Shown: positions 22,441-35,067, counted from the stretch's first letter. The stretch: DNA of 64,000 bases from Deinococcota bacterium (GCA_041695225.1 JBGFRI010000035.1:32001-96000), one strand, 5' to 3'. A program made the numbers and translations. The notes: generated by a model from the sequence alone, not told the origin.

Positions 22441-22516
22441 ACCACTTCATCTTACCGCAGGCAGGACATATCAGTTCACCTTACCGCAGGTAAGCGGGAA
22501 AGGTCTGTGAATGGGC

Positions 22517-24970
<2,454 letters not shown>

Positions 24971-25058
24971 AAGCTCCTCGACTTATTGTACCCAGGGGAT
25001 TTCAGGCAATCGAGAGCAGGCTCGCAAGCCGACATCAGAATTTAGAGAAATACCTGGA

Positions 25059-25368
25059 TGTCACCCTGAATGAAGCGAAGGGTCTGGTGCGCTGCTCTGA
25101 ACTAAATGTGGTGGACGTAAGCGCATCAGATTCGCTGGCCCGACGAACTCAGAACGATCCTTCGAGAGCCTTGTACATGCTCGAGGTTAGCGCTCTGGGT
25201 TCGGAGATGGGCAGACCTCGAGGTACATCCCCAGGCAGTGCTGAAAGCCGACGCCCAGCGGGTAGCGCTGCCCTGCGGATCAATGTTCGAAAGGTCATGG
25301 TCTGGGTCCGGGCAACGCGTATACTTGGACGGTATGGCAGTATCCCATTCGCTTCGCTCAGGGCAGGC
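25059..25368. repeat. REP/REPIN-like elements between recG and the M16 genes
   Basis: TGTCACCCTGAATGAAGCGAAGGGTCT (25059), a degenerate partner near 25127-25158, and an inverted copy CCCATTCGCTTCGCTCAGGGCAGGC (25344). Confidence 0.6.
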
Positions 25369-26587
25369 TCCGGTTGAAATTCTGCCCAATGGACTTACCC
25401 TGGCGGTGGAGGAACGCCCCTGGAACCCCGGAGTAGCCCTGCAGCTACTGGTTCCGGCCGGGGCGGTAAACGACCCCGAGGGAATGGAAGGGGCCGCAGG
25501 TCTGATCGAAGGCTGGCTATGGAAAGGGGCCGGTAGCCGGGATGCCCGGGCTCTGGCGGACGCTTTCGATCAGCTGGGGGTGCGGCGTACCAGCTTTAGC
25601 GCCCTCGAGCACACCACCTTTACCGCGCAGTTTCTGGCCGACAAACTCCCGCAGGTGCTATCGCTTCTAGCCGATGTGCTGATGCGTCCTCATCTGCCCG
25701 GCGAGGCCCTGGAAGCGGTGCGACAGACGGCCTTGCAGGAGCTGGCGGCCCTGGACGATCAGCCGCCCAAAAAAATGTTTGCCGCCCTTCGCCGTGCGGT
25801 GTTTGTCAGCAGTCACGGGCGCAACCCCAGCGGAACCAAAGCCGATCTGCAGAGCATCTCGGCCGAGGACCTGCGCCAGGATTTTCTCCGGCGGTATGGC
25901 CCCCAGGGGGCTATTCTGACCCTGGCGGGTGGGGTGAGTTTTCTTCAGGCCAGGGAAGCCGTGCTAGACACCCTGAGGGACTGGAAGGGCGGTGGAGCGG
26001 AAAACCCGGCCATTGAGCTGCGGCCTCCCCATACCATCCACCTCGAGCAGGACACTGCCCAGGTGCAAATTGGCCTGATCTATCCGGACATCTCCTTCGA
26101 CCATCCCGAGTTTTATAGCGCCCGTCTGGCTTCGCAGGTGCTCTCGGGGGGGAGCAGCAGCCGCCTGTTTACCGAGGTGCGGGAGAAGCGGGGCCTGGTT
26201 TACTCGGTATATGCCTCTCCCAACGGCATCAAGGGCTACAGCTACCTGACTGCCTATGCCGGAACCACCGCCCAGCGGGCTGGCGAAACCCTGCAGGTGA
26301 TGCAGGCCGAGATAGCCCGGCTGGCCGAGGGGGTGCTGGACGAAGAACTAAAGCGCACCAAGATTGGCCTGCGGGCGGCTTTAGTAATGCAAGACGAGTC
26401 GTCGCGCTCGAGGGCTGCCAGCATGAGCCGCGATCTCTACATGCTGGGGCGTATCCGTACCCTGGACGAGATCGAGACCCAGATCGCCGCGGTAGACCTT
26501 CCGCGCATCAACCGCTACCTGGCTGCCAACCCCTACCAGAACCCCTGGACTGCCACCCTGGGGCCCCTGAAACCGGTGCTAGGGTGA
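25334..26587 (+). CDS. M16 peptidase, non-catalytic subunit
   Basis: LPNGL and SSRLFTEVREKRGLVY motifs; HxxEH replaced by GLIEG. Confidence 0.88.
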   Translation: MAVSHSLRSGQAPVEILPNGLTLAVEERPWNPGVALQLLVPAGAVNDPEGMEGAAGLIEGWLWKGAGSRDARALADAFDQLGVRRTSFSALEHTTFTAQFLADKLPQVLSLLADVLMRPHLPGEALEAVRQTALQELAALDDQPPKKMFAALRRAVFVSSHGRNPSGTKADLQSISAEDLRQDFLRRYGPQGAILTLAGGVSFLQAREAVLDTLRDWKGGGAENPAIELRPPHTIHLEQDTAQVQIGLIYPDISFDHPEFYSARLASQVLSGGSSSRLFTEVREKRGLVYSVYASPNGIKGYSYLTAYAGTTAQRAGETLQVMQAEIARLAEGVLDEELKRTKIGLRAALVMQDESSRSRAASMSRDLYMLGRIRTLDEIETQIAAVDLPRINRYLAANPYQNPWTATLGPLKPVLG

Positions 26588-26666
26588 AAGACCTGAGGAA
26601 CCCCCACCCAGTTCGGCTGGAGTTACAGGGTCTTCCCGACCTGCGACAACTTTGATGGAGTGAAGA

Positions 26667-27905
26667 ATGACCCAAAGCAATTCTGAAGTGCAGTTCAAGC
26701 AAGCCACGCTCGAGAACGGCCTGACGGTTATCGCCGAGATCAACCCCGAGGCGAAAAGCGTGGCTCTGGGCTATTTTTGCAAGACCGGTAGCCGCGATGA
26801 GACGCCAGAGACCGCGGGGGTGTCGCACTTTTTGGAACATATGCTGTTTAAGGGCTCTGAGCGGCGCGATGGCTCCCAGGTGAACCTCGAGTTTGATCGG
26901 ATGGGCGCGCAGTACAACGCCTACACCTCCGAAGAAAACACCGTCTACTACGGGGCGGTGCTGCACGAGTTTGCCCCCAGGCTCTTGGAGCTGTGGACCG
27001 ACCTGATGCGCCCGGCCCTGCGCCCTGAAGACTTCGAGACCGAAAAACAGGTCATACTCGAAGAAATTGCCCTCTACCAGGACCGGCCCAATGTAATGCT
27101 CTTTGACTGGGGGCGGGCGCGGTATTTTGCGGGGCATCCGCTGGGCAATAGCGTGCTGGGCACGACCGACTCGATTGGAGCCTTGAGTCGCGAGCAGATG
27201 GCCCAGTATCTGGCTAAGCGTTACGTGCCCTCGAACCTGGTACTGGCCCTGACCGGCAGGGTGGACTGGGAAGAGACCTTGGGACAGGTGCAACAGCTTA
27301 CCACTTCCTGGCCTAAGGGAGACTCGAGCAGGGCCTATCCCGAAATTAGCCCAAACGTGGGAGAGCTGCGCGAGCCCTACCCCAAGGCCACCCAGACCTA
27401 CCTGGCTGTGCTGGCCCCCGGTATTTCGGCCCAGGACCCCCGTCGCTACGCCGCCGCCATCCTGGCCAACATCCTGGGCGAGGAGGGGAACAGCCGCCTG
27501 CACTGGGCGCTCACCGACAAAGGGCTGGTGGAGTCGGCGGGGGCCGAGGTGGACGAGGGCGACCAGGCCGGGCTGTTTTATGCCTATGCCCAGACCGACC
27601 CGTCTAACGAAGAGCTGGTGAAGGCGGCCCTGCGAGCCGAGCTAGACCGGCTTCAGCGCGAGGGGGTTGGTGCGGCAGAGCTGGAACAGGCCAAACACAA
27701 ACTGGCCACCGCCCTGGTGTTCGCTGCCGAGACCCCCATGCAGCGCCTGATGAGTGTGGGCCTTAACTATGTCTACAACCGGGCCTACGAGCCCCTGAGC
27801 GTGGTGGCCCGTAAGGTTAGCGCCGTTACCCTGGCCGATATAAACGCCCTACTGGAGGCCAGGCCCTTCAGCCGCAGTTTTTTGTATAGTCTGGTGCCGG
27901 TTTAA
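26667..27905 (+). CDS. M16 peptidase, catalytic subunit
   Basis: GVSHFLEHMLFKG and NAYTSEE motifs. Confidence 0.93.
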   Translation: MTQSNSEVQFKQATLENGLTVIAEINPEAKSVALGYFCKTGSRDETPETAGVSHFLEHMLFKGSERRDGSQVNLEFDRMGAQYNAYTSEENTVYYGAVLHEFAPRLLELWTDLMRPALRPEDFETEKQVILEEIALYQDRPNVMLFDWGRARYFAGHPLGNSVLGTTDSIGALSREQMAQYLAKRYVPSNLVLALTGRVDWEETLGQVQQLTTSWPKGDSSRAYPEISPNVGELREPYPKATQTYLAVLAPGISAQDPRRYAAAILANILGEEGNSRLHWALTDKGLVESAGAEVDEGDQAGLFYAYAQTDPSNEELVKAALRAELDRLQREGVGAAELEQAKHKLATALVFAAETPMQRLMSVGLNYVYNRAYEPLSVVARKVSAVTLADINALLEARPFSRSFLYSLVPV

Positions 27906-27912
27906 TGGGGGA

Positions 27913-28836
27913 GTGGTGGTGCGGGCCTGGCTGCTACTGGCGCTGTTGCTGGGCGGTATCTCGCTCGCTCAGAGTGCGCTGGAACTCGAGGTGCTAAGGC
28001 GCACTAACCAGGTGCGCACCGAGCATGGCCTGCGGCCCCTGCGCTGGGACCCGCTGGCCTACAAAGCAGCGCTGGGCCATGCCAAAGATATGCTAAAACA
28101 CAACTTTTTTGCCCACCAAAACCAGGGCGGTCTGGGTGCTCTGGAGCGGATGCAGGCAGCCGGTCTGATGGAATTGATCACTGGCGAAAACCTGGCCAGC
28201 TTCGAGGGCTTTCCTAGCGCTGAAATTCCTGGACGCTCGCTATCGGGCTGGATGAACAGCCCGGGGCACCGGGCCAATTTGCTCCGCCCCGAGTTTACCC
28301 ATCTGGGGGTGGCCCTGGTGCGCCAGGGGCGCCGGGTTGTGGTGGTGCAGAACTTCGTCGGGCGGCCCTTTGAACTCCGGGTAGGCCTGACCCCAGCCCA
28401 GGCCGAGCGCACGGTGCTGGTGCTTTCCGGAACGGGCCCCGGTACGGTGGGGGTGTTTGTGGGCAGCAACCTCTATGCCCGGGTTATTCCGCCCATCGCC
28501 GCACGGCTCGAGCTACCCCCCAGAACCGAGGTGAGCTTTGCAGTTTTTGACGGAAAAACCTGGCGGGCCACCCGCAACGGCGAGCGCGGTCTGCGTCTGG
28601 AAACTACCCTGGAGGAGAGCCTGGCCCCGGGCCGGAGAGTGGTGCTCAGCCTTCCCGCTGGCAGCTTTTCCTTGGCGGTGGGAAACGAGCCGCGTTTCTG
28701 GCAAAACGTCGCGGGGCCGGTGCGGCTAGAGTTCACCCTGCCTGAAACACTGGAAGCGCTGTGGGTGGGCAGTCAGCAGGGTGACCGGTTCAACTATACC
28801 CACCGCATTCCCCTGACTGCCAGGTTGGGCGAATAG
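27913..28836 (+). CDS. Secreted CAP/SCP domain protein
   Basis: Signal peptide; GENLA and WMNSPGHRANLL motifs. Confidence 0.88.
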   Translation: MVVRAWLLLALLLGGISLAQSALELEVLRRTNQVRTEHGLRPLRWDPLAYKAALGHAKDMLKHNFFAHQNQGGLGALERMQAAGLMELITGENLASFEGFPSAEIPGRSLSGWMNSPGHRANLLRPEFTHLGVALVRQGRRVVVVQNFVGRPFELRVGLTPAQAERTVLVLSGTGPGTVGVFVGSNLYARVIPPIAARLELPPRTEVSFAVFDGKTWRATRNGERGLRLETTLEESLAPGRRVVLSLPAGSFSLAVGNEPRFWQNVAGPVRLEFTLPETLEALWVGSQQGDRFNYTHRIPLTARLGE

Positions 28837-28992
28837 ACCGTTCAAAATAGCAGTGCGCGCTACTGTTTGTACTTGGTAGGGTGTCGCGCAAGGTTTACGG
28901 TTGCCTGGCAACCGGACTGCGGGTTGAAAACTTGAACCCTGGCAACTGTACTGATCCCGTTTGAATATGATTTACCTGCCTCCATGCCTCAT

Positions 28993-29030
28993 CCAAAGGG
29001 CAGTCTGACCCAGGCCAGACTGCCCTTTGG
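28993..29030. terminator. Strong hairpin, probable terminator
   Basis: Perfect 15-bp stem CCAAAGGGCAGTCTG/CAGACTGCCCTTTGG; U-tract is weak. Confidence 0.55.
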
Positions 29031-29220
29031 TTAGTAGTGTGGCAGACACGGGAAATTGGGCTGTCAGTAGGGTCAGTTGCCGGGCGCCCCCAGCACCGCT
29101 ATTTCTCGAAATGCGATGGGACAATTGGCACTGGCTCCCTCTTATCCAGCCGCTAAAGTCAGAGATAGGAGTGCGGTGCAGCTAAGCTTGGCCGCAGCCA
29201 GGTTATGAGAGGGAGTTGCC

Positions 29221-31494
29221 ATGCGCCCAGACAGTGCTGCAGGAGGAAACCAGCAGAATTCCCTATATCTTGGGGTTGACATTGGGTCTGCCACAGTCAA
29301 GGTGATAGGCATTGACCACCAGGGTGACCTGGCAGGCCCGGGGGTATATCTGCGCCACGACCAGTTTGCCTCGCCTACCGAAGCGCTGATGCATGCCATG
29401 CGCCGCTACCTGGGTTCAGCGCCGGGCCAGGTGGCTGGAATTGGGATCACCGGCAGCGGCCGGGCAGTAAATGCCAGGCTAATTGGGGCCGACCTGATCC
29501 GTACCGAGATCTTCGCGCACGCCATGGGGCTTGCCCACCTGGTAGCCAGAGGCAAGACCGGTCTGACTGCGGACAACACCCATGGTAAAGGCGGCATCGG
29601 TACGTTGATTGAGATCGGCGGACAGGACTCAAAGGTTATTGTCTTTGGCCCGGACGGGCTCCCCGCCTTCTTCAACATGAACACCATCTGTTCGGCCGGA
29701 ACCGGCGAGTTCCTCAAGCAAATCGCCGATGAAGCCGGGATCAGTCTGGAGGAGTTTGGGCGCCTGGCTCTACAAAGCGACCGGCCGGCGAGTATCGACT
29801 CTACCTGCACGGTCTTTTCCCGCCGCGACTTCAGGCACCTGACGCAAAAAGGCGTTCCACTGGCCGATCGGTTGATGGGGGTCTGTCAGGCCATGGTGCG
29901 CAACTATCTGACCAACGTGGTCCAGGGCGTACGTTTGCCGTCGCCGGTCTTCTTCCAGGGGGGTGTGGCCTTCAACCCGGCAGTGGTGCGAGCTTTTGAG
30001 CAGCGGTTGCAGACCCCGGTCTATGTGACCCCGCACAACGACGTGGTGGGCGCTTTGGGAATGGCGGTGATCGTGCGCGAGACCATGTCGGGTCAGGGTG
30101 AGTTGACCACCCGGTTCCGCGACGATTTCGACCAGCGCTCCTTCCACAGCCGCGTCCAGTACTGCCATGGCTGCCTGAACTCCTGTGACTTGGCCCAGCC
30201 CTACGAACTGGTCGGAGACCAGCTGATCGTCCTGGAGACCCTGGGTGGGCGCTGTGAAGGCGCGCAAAACCCAAAGAATGTCAAAGACACCCCACCGCCC
30301 GGCCGCGCTCGCTTTCAGATACCGGTCCGGCGCAGAACCGCAAAAGGACGGCCCTTCAATGTGGTCAACCCTGCGGGAAAGCACCAGCGTTCTTCCAGAA
30401 ACTCCTATTTTGCCGGTCTGGATGGCGGCTCCCGTGGCACCAAATATGCACTGATCCGCAGTCTCGGGCCTGGCCGCGAGCCAGCTGGCCGCGAGCTCGA
30501 GATCGTGGCTATTGGCACCGTTGACACGGCTGGGGACGCCATAGCGGCCTGCCTTACGGCCCTGAGGGGTCTGCAGGCGGCGCTGCCGGCAGGAGCCACG
30601 CTGGCTGCTATCGGTACCACCGGCAGCGCGGGTGAGCTGTTTCGCGATATGGTGACACGAAAAAGCTCGGGGACAGCCGATCTCCGCAGTAGCGAGATCG
30701 TGGCCCACTATGCCTGGGCCCAGCACTGGATGCCCGAGGTCGGCACGGTCATGGATATCGGGGGTAACGACGCCAAGCTGATCACAGTGGCCGGCGGGGG
30801 ACTGGACTTTGCCATGAACGATAAATGTGCTGCCGGCACCGGCTCATTCCTCGAGGCCGTGGCGCGCCGCTTCCGTGTGCCCATTGAGGAGTACGCCGAT
30901 GTGGCCATGAAAGGTGGCGACGCGGTACGGATCGCCGGGCGCTGTGCAGTCTTTGGTGAGTCAGACATTGTCCATAAGGCGCGGTCGGGTTTTCCCACCG
31001 AGGATCTGTTTCTGGGCCTGGCTTTTGCCATTTGTCGGACCTATCTTTCCGACGTTGGCCGGGGCAAAACCCTTTACCTGCCAGTTGTGGGCCAGGGGGG
31101 CGCTTTCCTCAACCGCGCCCTGCAGTATGCCTTCCGCGAAACGCTGGGCCTGACCGAGCAGGAGTTTGTAGTATCGGACAACCCCACTTACGTCCTGTGC
31201 GCCGGCGCGCTGGGCGCGGCCCTGATGGCCATGGGCAGCTGGGAACAGGGGCAGGACAGCCACTTTAAGGGTTTCGACTATATTCTGAGCAGCAGCTTCG
31301 CCACCGTCACCACCAGATGTGCCCTGGCGTCTTGCCACCGCCAGTGTGACGAAGTGGTGGCCCTGCTGGAAAACGAGATCCCCATCGCGGGGTACAAGGC
31401 CATCGACTGCCATCAAGGGCGCTTCTGTGGGCTCATGGGCCGTGAAGAAGAGCGCGAACACGTCAGGCAGCTACTCGCGGTTACGGGGAGGTGA
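29221..31494 (+). CDS. Tandem BadF/BadG/BcrA/BcrD (acyl-CoA dehydratase activase) ATPase; PlsA activation-domain-like
   Basis: Two ASKHA domains: GVDIGS/IGGQDSK/CSAGTG/CTVF and GLDGGS/DIGGNDAK/CAAGTG/CAVF. CHGCLNSC linker and Cys-rich C-terminus. Confidence 0.88.
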   Translation: MRPDSAAGGNQQNSLYLGVDIGSATVKVIGIDHQGDLAGPGVYLRHDQFASPTEALMHAMRRYLGSAPGQVAGIGITGSGRAVNARLIGADLIRTEIFAHAMGLAHLVARGKTGLTADNTHGKGGIGTLIEIGGQDSKVIVFGPDGLPAFFNMNTICSAGTGEFLKQIADEAGISLEEFGRLALQSDRPASIDSTCTVFSRRDFRHLTQKGVPLADRLMGVCQAMVRNYLTNVVQGVRLPSPVFFQGGVAFNPAVVRAFEQRLQTPVYVTPHNDVVGALGMAVIVRETMSGQGELTTRFRDDFDQRSFHSRVQYCHGCLNSCDLAQPYELVGDQLIVLETLGGRCEGAQNPKNVKDTPPPGRARFQIPVRRRTAKGRPFNVVNPAGKHQRSSRNSYFAGLDGGSRGTKYALIRSLGPGREPAGRELEIVAIGTVDTAGDAIAACLTALRGLQAALPAGATLAAIGTTGSAGELFRDMVTRKSSGTADLRSSEIVAHYAWAQHWMPEVGTVMDIGGNDAKLITVAGGGLDFAMNDKCAAGTGSFLEAVARRFRVPIEEYADVAMKGGDAVRIAGRCAVFGESDIVHKARSGFPTEDLFLGLAFAICRTYLSDVGRGKTLYLPVVGQGGAFLNRALQYAFRETLGLTEQEFVVSDNPTYVLCAGALGAALMAMGSWEQGQDSHFKGFDYILSSSFATVTTRCALASCHRQCDEVVALLENEIPIAGYKAIDCHQGRFCGLMGREEEREHVRQLLAVTGR

Positions 31495-34175
31495 TGGTTA
31501 TGTCTACCAGAGCCATAGCAGACCCCAAGATAGGCCTGGTGCAGGCCTTTACCGGCTACTATCAGTCGGTTCAGATACTGACGCGCTTTTTGGAGCTGGC
31601 CGGGGTACGGGTGATCAAGAGCCGGATGAGCACACCTGCCATCATCGAGGCCGGCACCACCCTGGCCAGTGCCGATCTGTGCTTCCCTTTGCGGGTTTAC
31701 GTGGGCCATGTGCATCATCTCATACAAAAACACCCCGACCTCGAGGCTATCGTGGCCCCAAACATCATCAGCGAGGACGCAAAGAGTTCGACCTGTTCAA
31801 AATACCGCGATGTCGGCGGGATTGCCCTGCGCTCCCTGGGCGATACCACCGGTCACCGCCTGCACCACCTGAACAAGCCTGGGGCAAAGGGGCTGCTACA
31901 GAGTCTGCCGCTGGAGCTGGACGCTGTTTTGGACCGTATCGAGCGCAGCAAGCACCTGCCGCGCTTTATCATGCCGGACATCCGCCTGCTGGCGGAAGTA
32001 GACCTGCGCAACGTCTGTTACAACGTCTATGCCGATATTATGAGATGGGCGCCCAGCCGGAGGCTCGAGTTTCTCTTACCCAGCTGGCTGCGCAAAGCCC
32101 TTGGCTCTCCTCTGAACCGCCTCGAGAGAGCCTTTCAGCAGGCGGTAAATGAAGTAACCGGACGACGGGGCTCGCAACTGGAAAAACTACTCTCCGACCC
32201 GTCCCGGCCCCGGCTGGCCCTGGTGGGCCGGCGCTATGTGGTCGAGGACCCGGCCCTGAATGCCGGGGTCAAGCAGTGGTTTGAAAAGCAGGGTGTGGCC
32301 GTAATTTCGGCCGTGGACGTGCCCGCCGCACTGCTGGAGCCGGAGTATGACCGGGTAGACGGTTTCTACGACGCCCATAAAGAAGCGGAGGCCTTTATCC
32401 GCTGGGCCCTGGATAAGGTAGACGGGTTTATCGGCCTGGGCTGTTTCGGCTGTCATCCCGATGCCTTCCAGGTAGACTACCTTGCAGACAATATCCGTTC
32501 CTATGGCGCCCCCTGCTGGACCCTGCGCTTCGACGAGACCGCCAGCAACTCGGGGTTTCAGACTCGCTTTGAGACCATTTTGACCTTCTTAGAGCAGCGA
32601 CGCGACCAGAGGGTAGCGGGCGTAGAGCCACCCAGTCCGGCTATGGCCCTACCGGTTTTTCCAGATACCAGGATCAGGCGGGTCTCGGGCCGCCCCGGAC
32701 AGTTAGTTGAAGAGGTTCAGGCCACCGGGGCCCCCAGTGGGGGGGCCGCTCTCAAGCCACTGGTTATCTGGCCCTATATGGGTGAGATTGTGAACCTTGC
32801 GGTGGAAGGCCTCTGCCACCAGCTGGGCCTGCAAGACTACATGCTAGCGCCCCAGCCCATCTCGGAGAAAACAGTCCTGCTCGGTAATGACCGGTATACC
32901 GAGTCGTGTTCTCCTTATGCCTGTAGCACCGGCTCGCTCAAGGAAACCCTTACCCGGGCGCTAAACAGCCTCGAGGCAGCCGGCGCCAGGGCAGAGCCGC
33001 GCCGCATCATCGTGCTCATGGCCCGGGGCGAGGGGCCGTGTACCTTTGGCTGGTACGCCATTGTGCAAAACCGGCACATTCCGCAGGAATTCCAGCAGCG
33101 ACTGGCCGCCGGCGGCCATACTCTGCAGATGGTCACTATGGGCATGGACGGCCTGGTGGATGCCCTAAAGGAGTTCAGCGACCTGCAGCGGCAGAAAATT
33201 AAGCCCTTGCTGGACTACGTCGAGGCGTGTGCCTATGGCCTGGGCAGGCTTCCGCTCTGGCGGCAGTGGCATCTGCGGCTGCGCTTTCTGGCTACCCTCA
33301 ACCGCCTGACGCGTCCCCTGTGGGCAAAGCTGGATGCGGCGGAATCGCTACGGGCGCGGGCGCTAATCCTGCGGGCCCACGAACTGGAACCTGGCAGCAT
33401 CACCGCGGCCTACCAGACGGCCATTGAAGGTTTGCGTCAGGTGCATACCGTTGCCGAGATCAAGGCGGCACACCGGCGGGGCCTCTGGCTTTTAGAGGCG
33501 GTTCCCAGGGACTCGCTGGTCAAGCCCCGGGTGGTGGTGGTGGGCGAAATCTACGTGTTGCTAACCAGCTTTGCCAACCGGGGAACGGTGGAAAACCTGC
33601 TGGCCCGCGAGGGGCTCGAGGTTCACGAGGGGACCACCCTGGGCGGCTATCTGCGCGGAGTACTGCGCGAGATGAAGCGGCGCAGCTGGGCCGCTAACCC
33701 CTGGCTGAGACCGGTGCTGGCCTGGCTGCGCCAGCGCAACATCTATCTGTTAGAACAGCGAGTTCGCGACGACAGGGCCCTGCCCTTTCTGAATCGGGAG
33801 GTGGGCGGCGATGGTTTACCCAGCGTAGCCCACGCCCGCGAGGGCGTCGAGGCAGGGTGCGACGGCATCGTACACCTGTACCCGTTCAAGTGCATGCCCG
33901 AGGGCATCGCCAAGGGGGCGGTGCTGGAGCTGGCTAATCTGTACAATGTCCGCTACCTGGGGCTTTCCTTCGACAAGGAGACCGAAATTGAGCGGTTGCG
34001 CACCGAGGTGAGCACCTTTGCTACCCTGCTCCATGCACAAGGGATGCAAGAGGGCGCTAAAGACCCTCGCCAGTATCAGAGTAAGCGGCAGCAGGTGATC
34101 AGATGGCGCAAAGCTGTGGGTCGCTGGCTTACCGGCCTTTATGCCCTGAGCCGGCGATCGCGTTACGTCAAGTGA
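31491..34175 (+). CDS. DUF2229 + 2-hydroxyacyl-CoA dehydratase-like Fe-S reductase; PlsA/PlsR reduction-domain-like
   Basis: DLCFPL..GH, TCSK, FGCHPD and RFDE..TR.E motifs, then ESCSP, GPCTFG, VVGEIYV and PFKCMP. Overlaps the upstream stop (GTGA). Confidence 0.8.
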   Translation: MMVMSTRAIADPKIGLVQAFTGYYQSVQILTRFLELAGVRVIKSRMSTPAIIEAGTTLASADLCFPLRVYVGHVHHLIQKHPDLEAIVAPNIISEDAKSSTCSKYRDVGGIALRSLGDTTGHRLHHLNKPGAKGLLQSLPLELDAVLDRIERSKHLPRFIMPDIRLLAEVDLRNVCYNVYADIMRWAPSRRLEFLLPSWLRKALGSPLNRLERAFQQAVNEVTGRRGSQLEKLLSDPSRPRLALVGRRYVVEDPALNAGVKQWFEKQGVAVISAVDVPAALLEPEYDRVDGFYDAHKEAEAFIRWALDKVDGFIGLGCFGCHPDAFQVDYLADNIRSYGAPCWTLRFDETASNSGFQTRFETILTFLEQRRDQRVAGVEPPSPAMALPVFPDTRIRRVSGRPGQLVEEVQATGAPSGGAALKPLVIWPYMGEIVNLAVEGLCHQLGLQDYMLAPQPISEKTVLLGNDRYTESCSPYACSTGSLKETLTRALNSLEAAGARAEPRRIIVLMARGEGPCTFGWYAIVQNRHIPQEFQQRLAAGGHTLQMVTMGMDGLVDALKEFSDLQRQKIKPLLDYVEACAYGLGRLPLWRQWHLRLRFLATLNRLTRPLWAKLDAAESLRARALILRAHELEPGSITAAYQTAIEGLRQVHTVAEIKAAHRRGLWLLEAVPRDSLVKPRVVVVGEIYVLLTSFANRGTVENLLAREGLEVHEGTTLGGYLRGVLREMKRRSWAANPWLRPVLAWLRQRNIYLLEQRVRDDRALPFLNREVGGDGLPSVAHAREGVEAGCDGIVHLYPFKCMPEGIAKGAVLELANLYNVRYLGLSFDKETEIERLRTEVSTFATLLHAQGMQEGAKDPRQYQSKRQQVIRWRKAVGRWLTGLYALSRRSRYVK

Positions 34176-34234
34176 GAGCGGGCACTTTCTGGAGAAAAGT
34201 GAGGCAGTTGAGTTGCGCTGCAAGCCAATAGGAA

Positions 34235-34390
34235 TGTCTCAGGTCTCAAGTCTCAGGTCTCTAGTCTTCTTGGCCTGCGACTCGCGACCTGCGACCATGG
34301 CCGATAGCTAATAGCCAATAGCTGAAAGCTAAAAGCTTTTAGCTTTCAGCTTTTATCTGACCTTCGACCCTCGACCCTAGACCTGCGACA
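34235..34390. repeat. Modular heptamer tandem-repeat element
   Basis: GTCTCAG, GCGACCT, GCCGATA, GCTAAAA and TCGACCC units, ending GACCTGCGACA. Confidence 0.85.
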
Positions 34391-34431
34391 ACTTTTTGGG
34401 CTGCTCCTGGCTTACAATCATCTATGAGTTT

Positions 34432-35067
34432 ATGACCGAGACATTTCCCATTCGCCTGTACGGCGATCCGATCCTAAAGAAAAAAGCCCTGGCAGTAGAG
34501 GATTTTAACGATATACCCCAGCTTGCCGAGAGGATGCTAAATACCATGTTCGAAGCGAGGGGGGCCGGGCTGGCCGCGCCGCAGGTAGGTCTCTCCCGGC
34601 GGCTGTTTGTGGCCGCCGAGTACCAGGATGACGAAGACCAGGAAGAAGGCCTCCTGGCCGACCTGAAAACCCGCGTCAAACAGATTTATGTGGTGGTCAA
34701 CCCGGTGATCACCTACCGCTCTGGCCAGCAGTCTATTCTGGAAGGCTGTCTTTCGCTGCCCGGACTGTATGCCGAGGGCGCCCAGCGCGACCTGCAGGTG
34801 CGGCTGGAGTACCAGAACGAAAAGGGCGAGCCAAGGGTACTCGAGGCCGAAGGCTACTTAGCGGTGGTGATGCAGCACGAAATTGACCATCTGGACGGAA
34901 TTCTTTTTTTTCAACGGATGCCTAATGCCGACAAACAGAACTTCCTCGAGCTTCACCGCGAAGACCTGGCAGAATTCCAGCGCCAGGCCAGGGCCTTTCT
35001 GCGCGAGAAAGCCGAGCGCCAGGCGATGGGCAGGCAGAAACAGTCTGGTTTTAGGGCCGACCCCTGA
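34432..35067 (+). CDS. def: Peptide deformylase
   Basis: GAGLAAPQ, EGCLS and QHEIDHLDG motifs. Confidence 0.97.
   Translation: MTETFPIRLYGDPILKKKALAVEDFNDIPQLAERMLNTMFEARGAGLAAPQVGLSRRLFVAAEYQDDEDQEEGLLADLKTRVKQIYVVVNPVITYRSGQQSILEGCLSLPGLYAEGAQRDLQVRLEYQNEKGEPRVLEAEGYLAVVMQHEIDHLDGILFFQRMPNADKQNFLELHREDLAEFQRQARAFLREKAERQAMGRQKQSGFRADP

Noticed and set aside
26508..30726. Long antisense ORFs (26508-27503 and 29770-30726; also 38846-39742)
   Set aside because: Shadow ORFs of GC-rich genes with no recognisable motifs.
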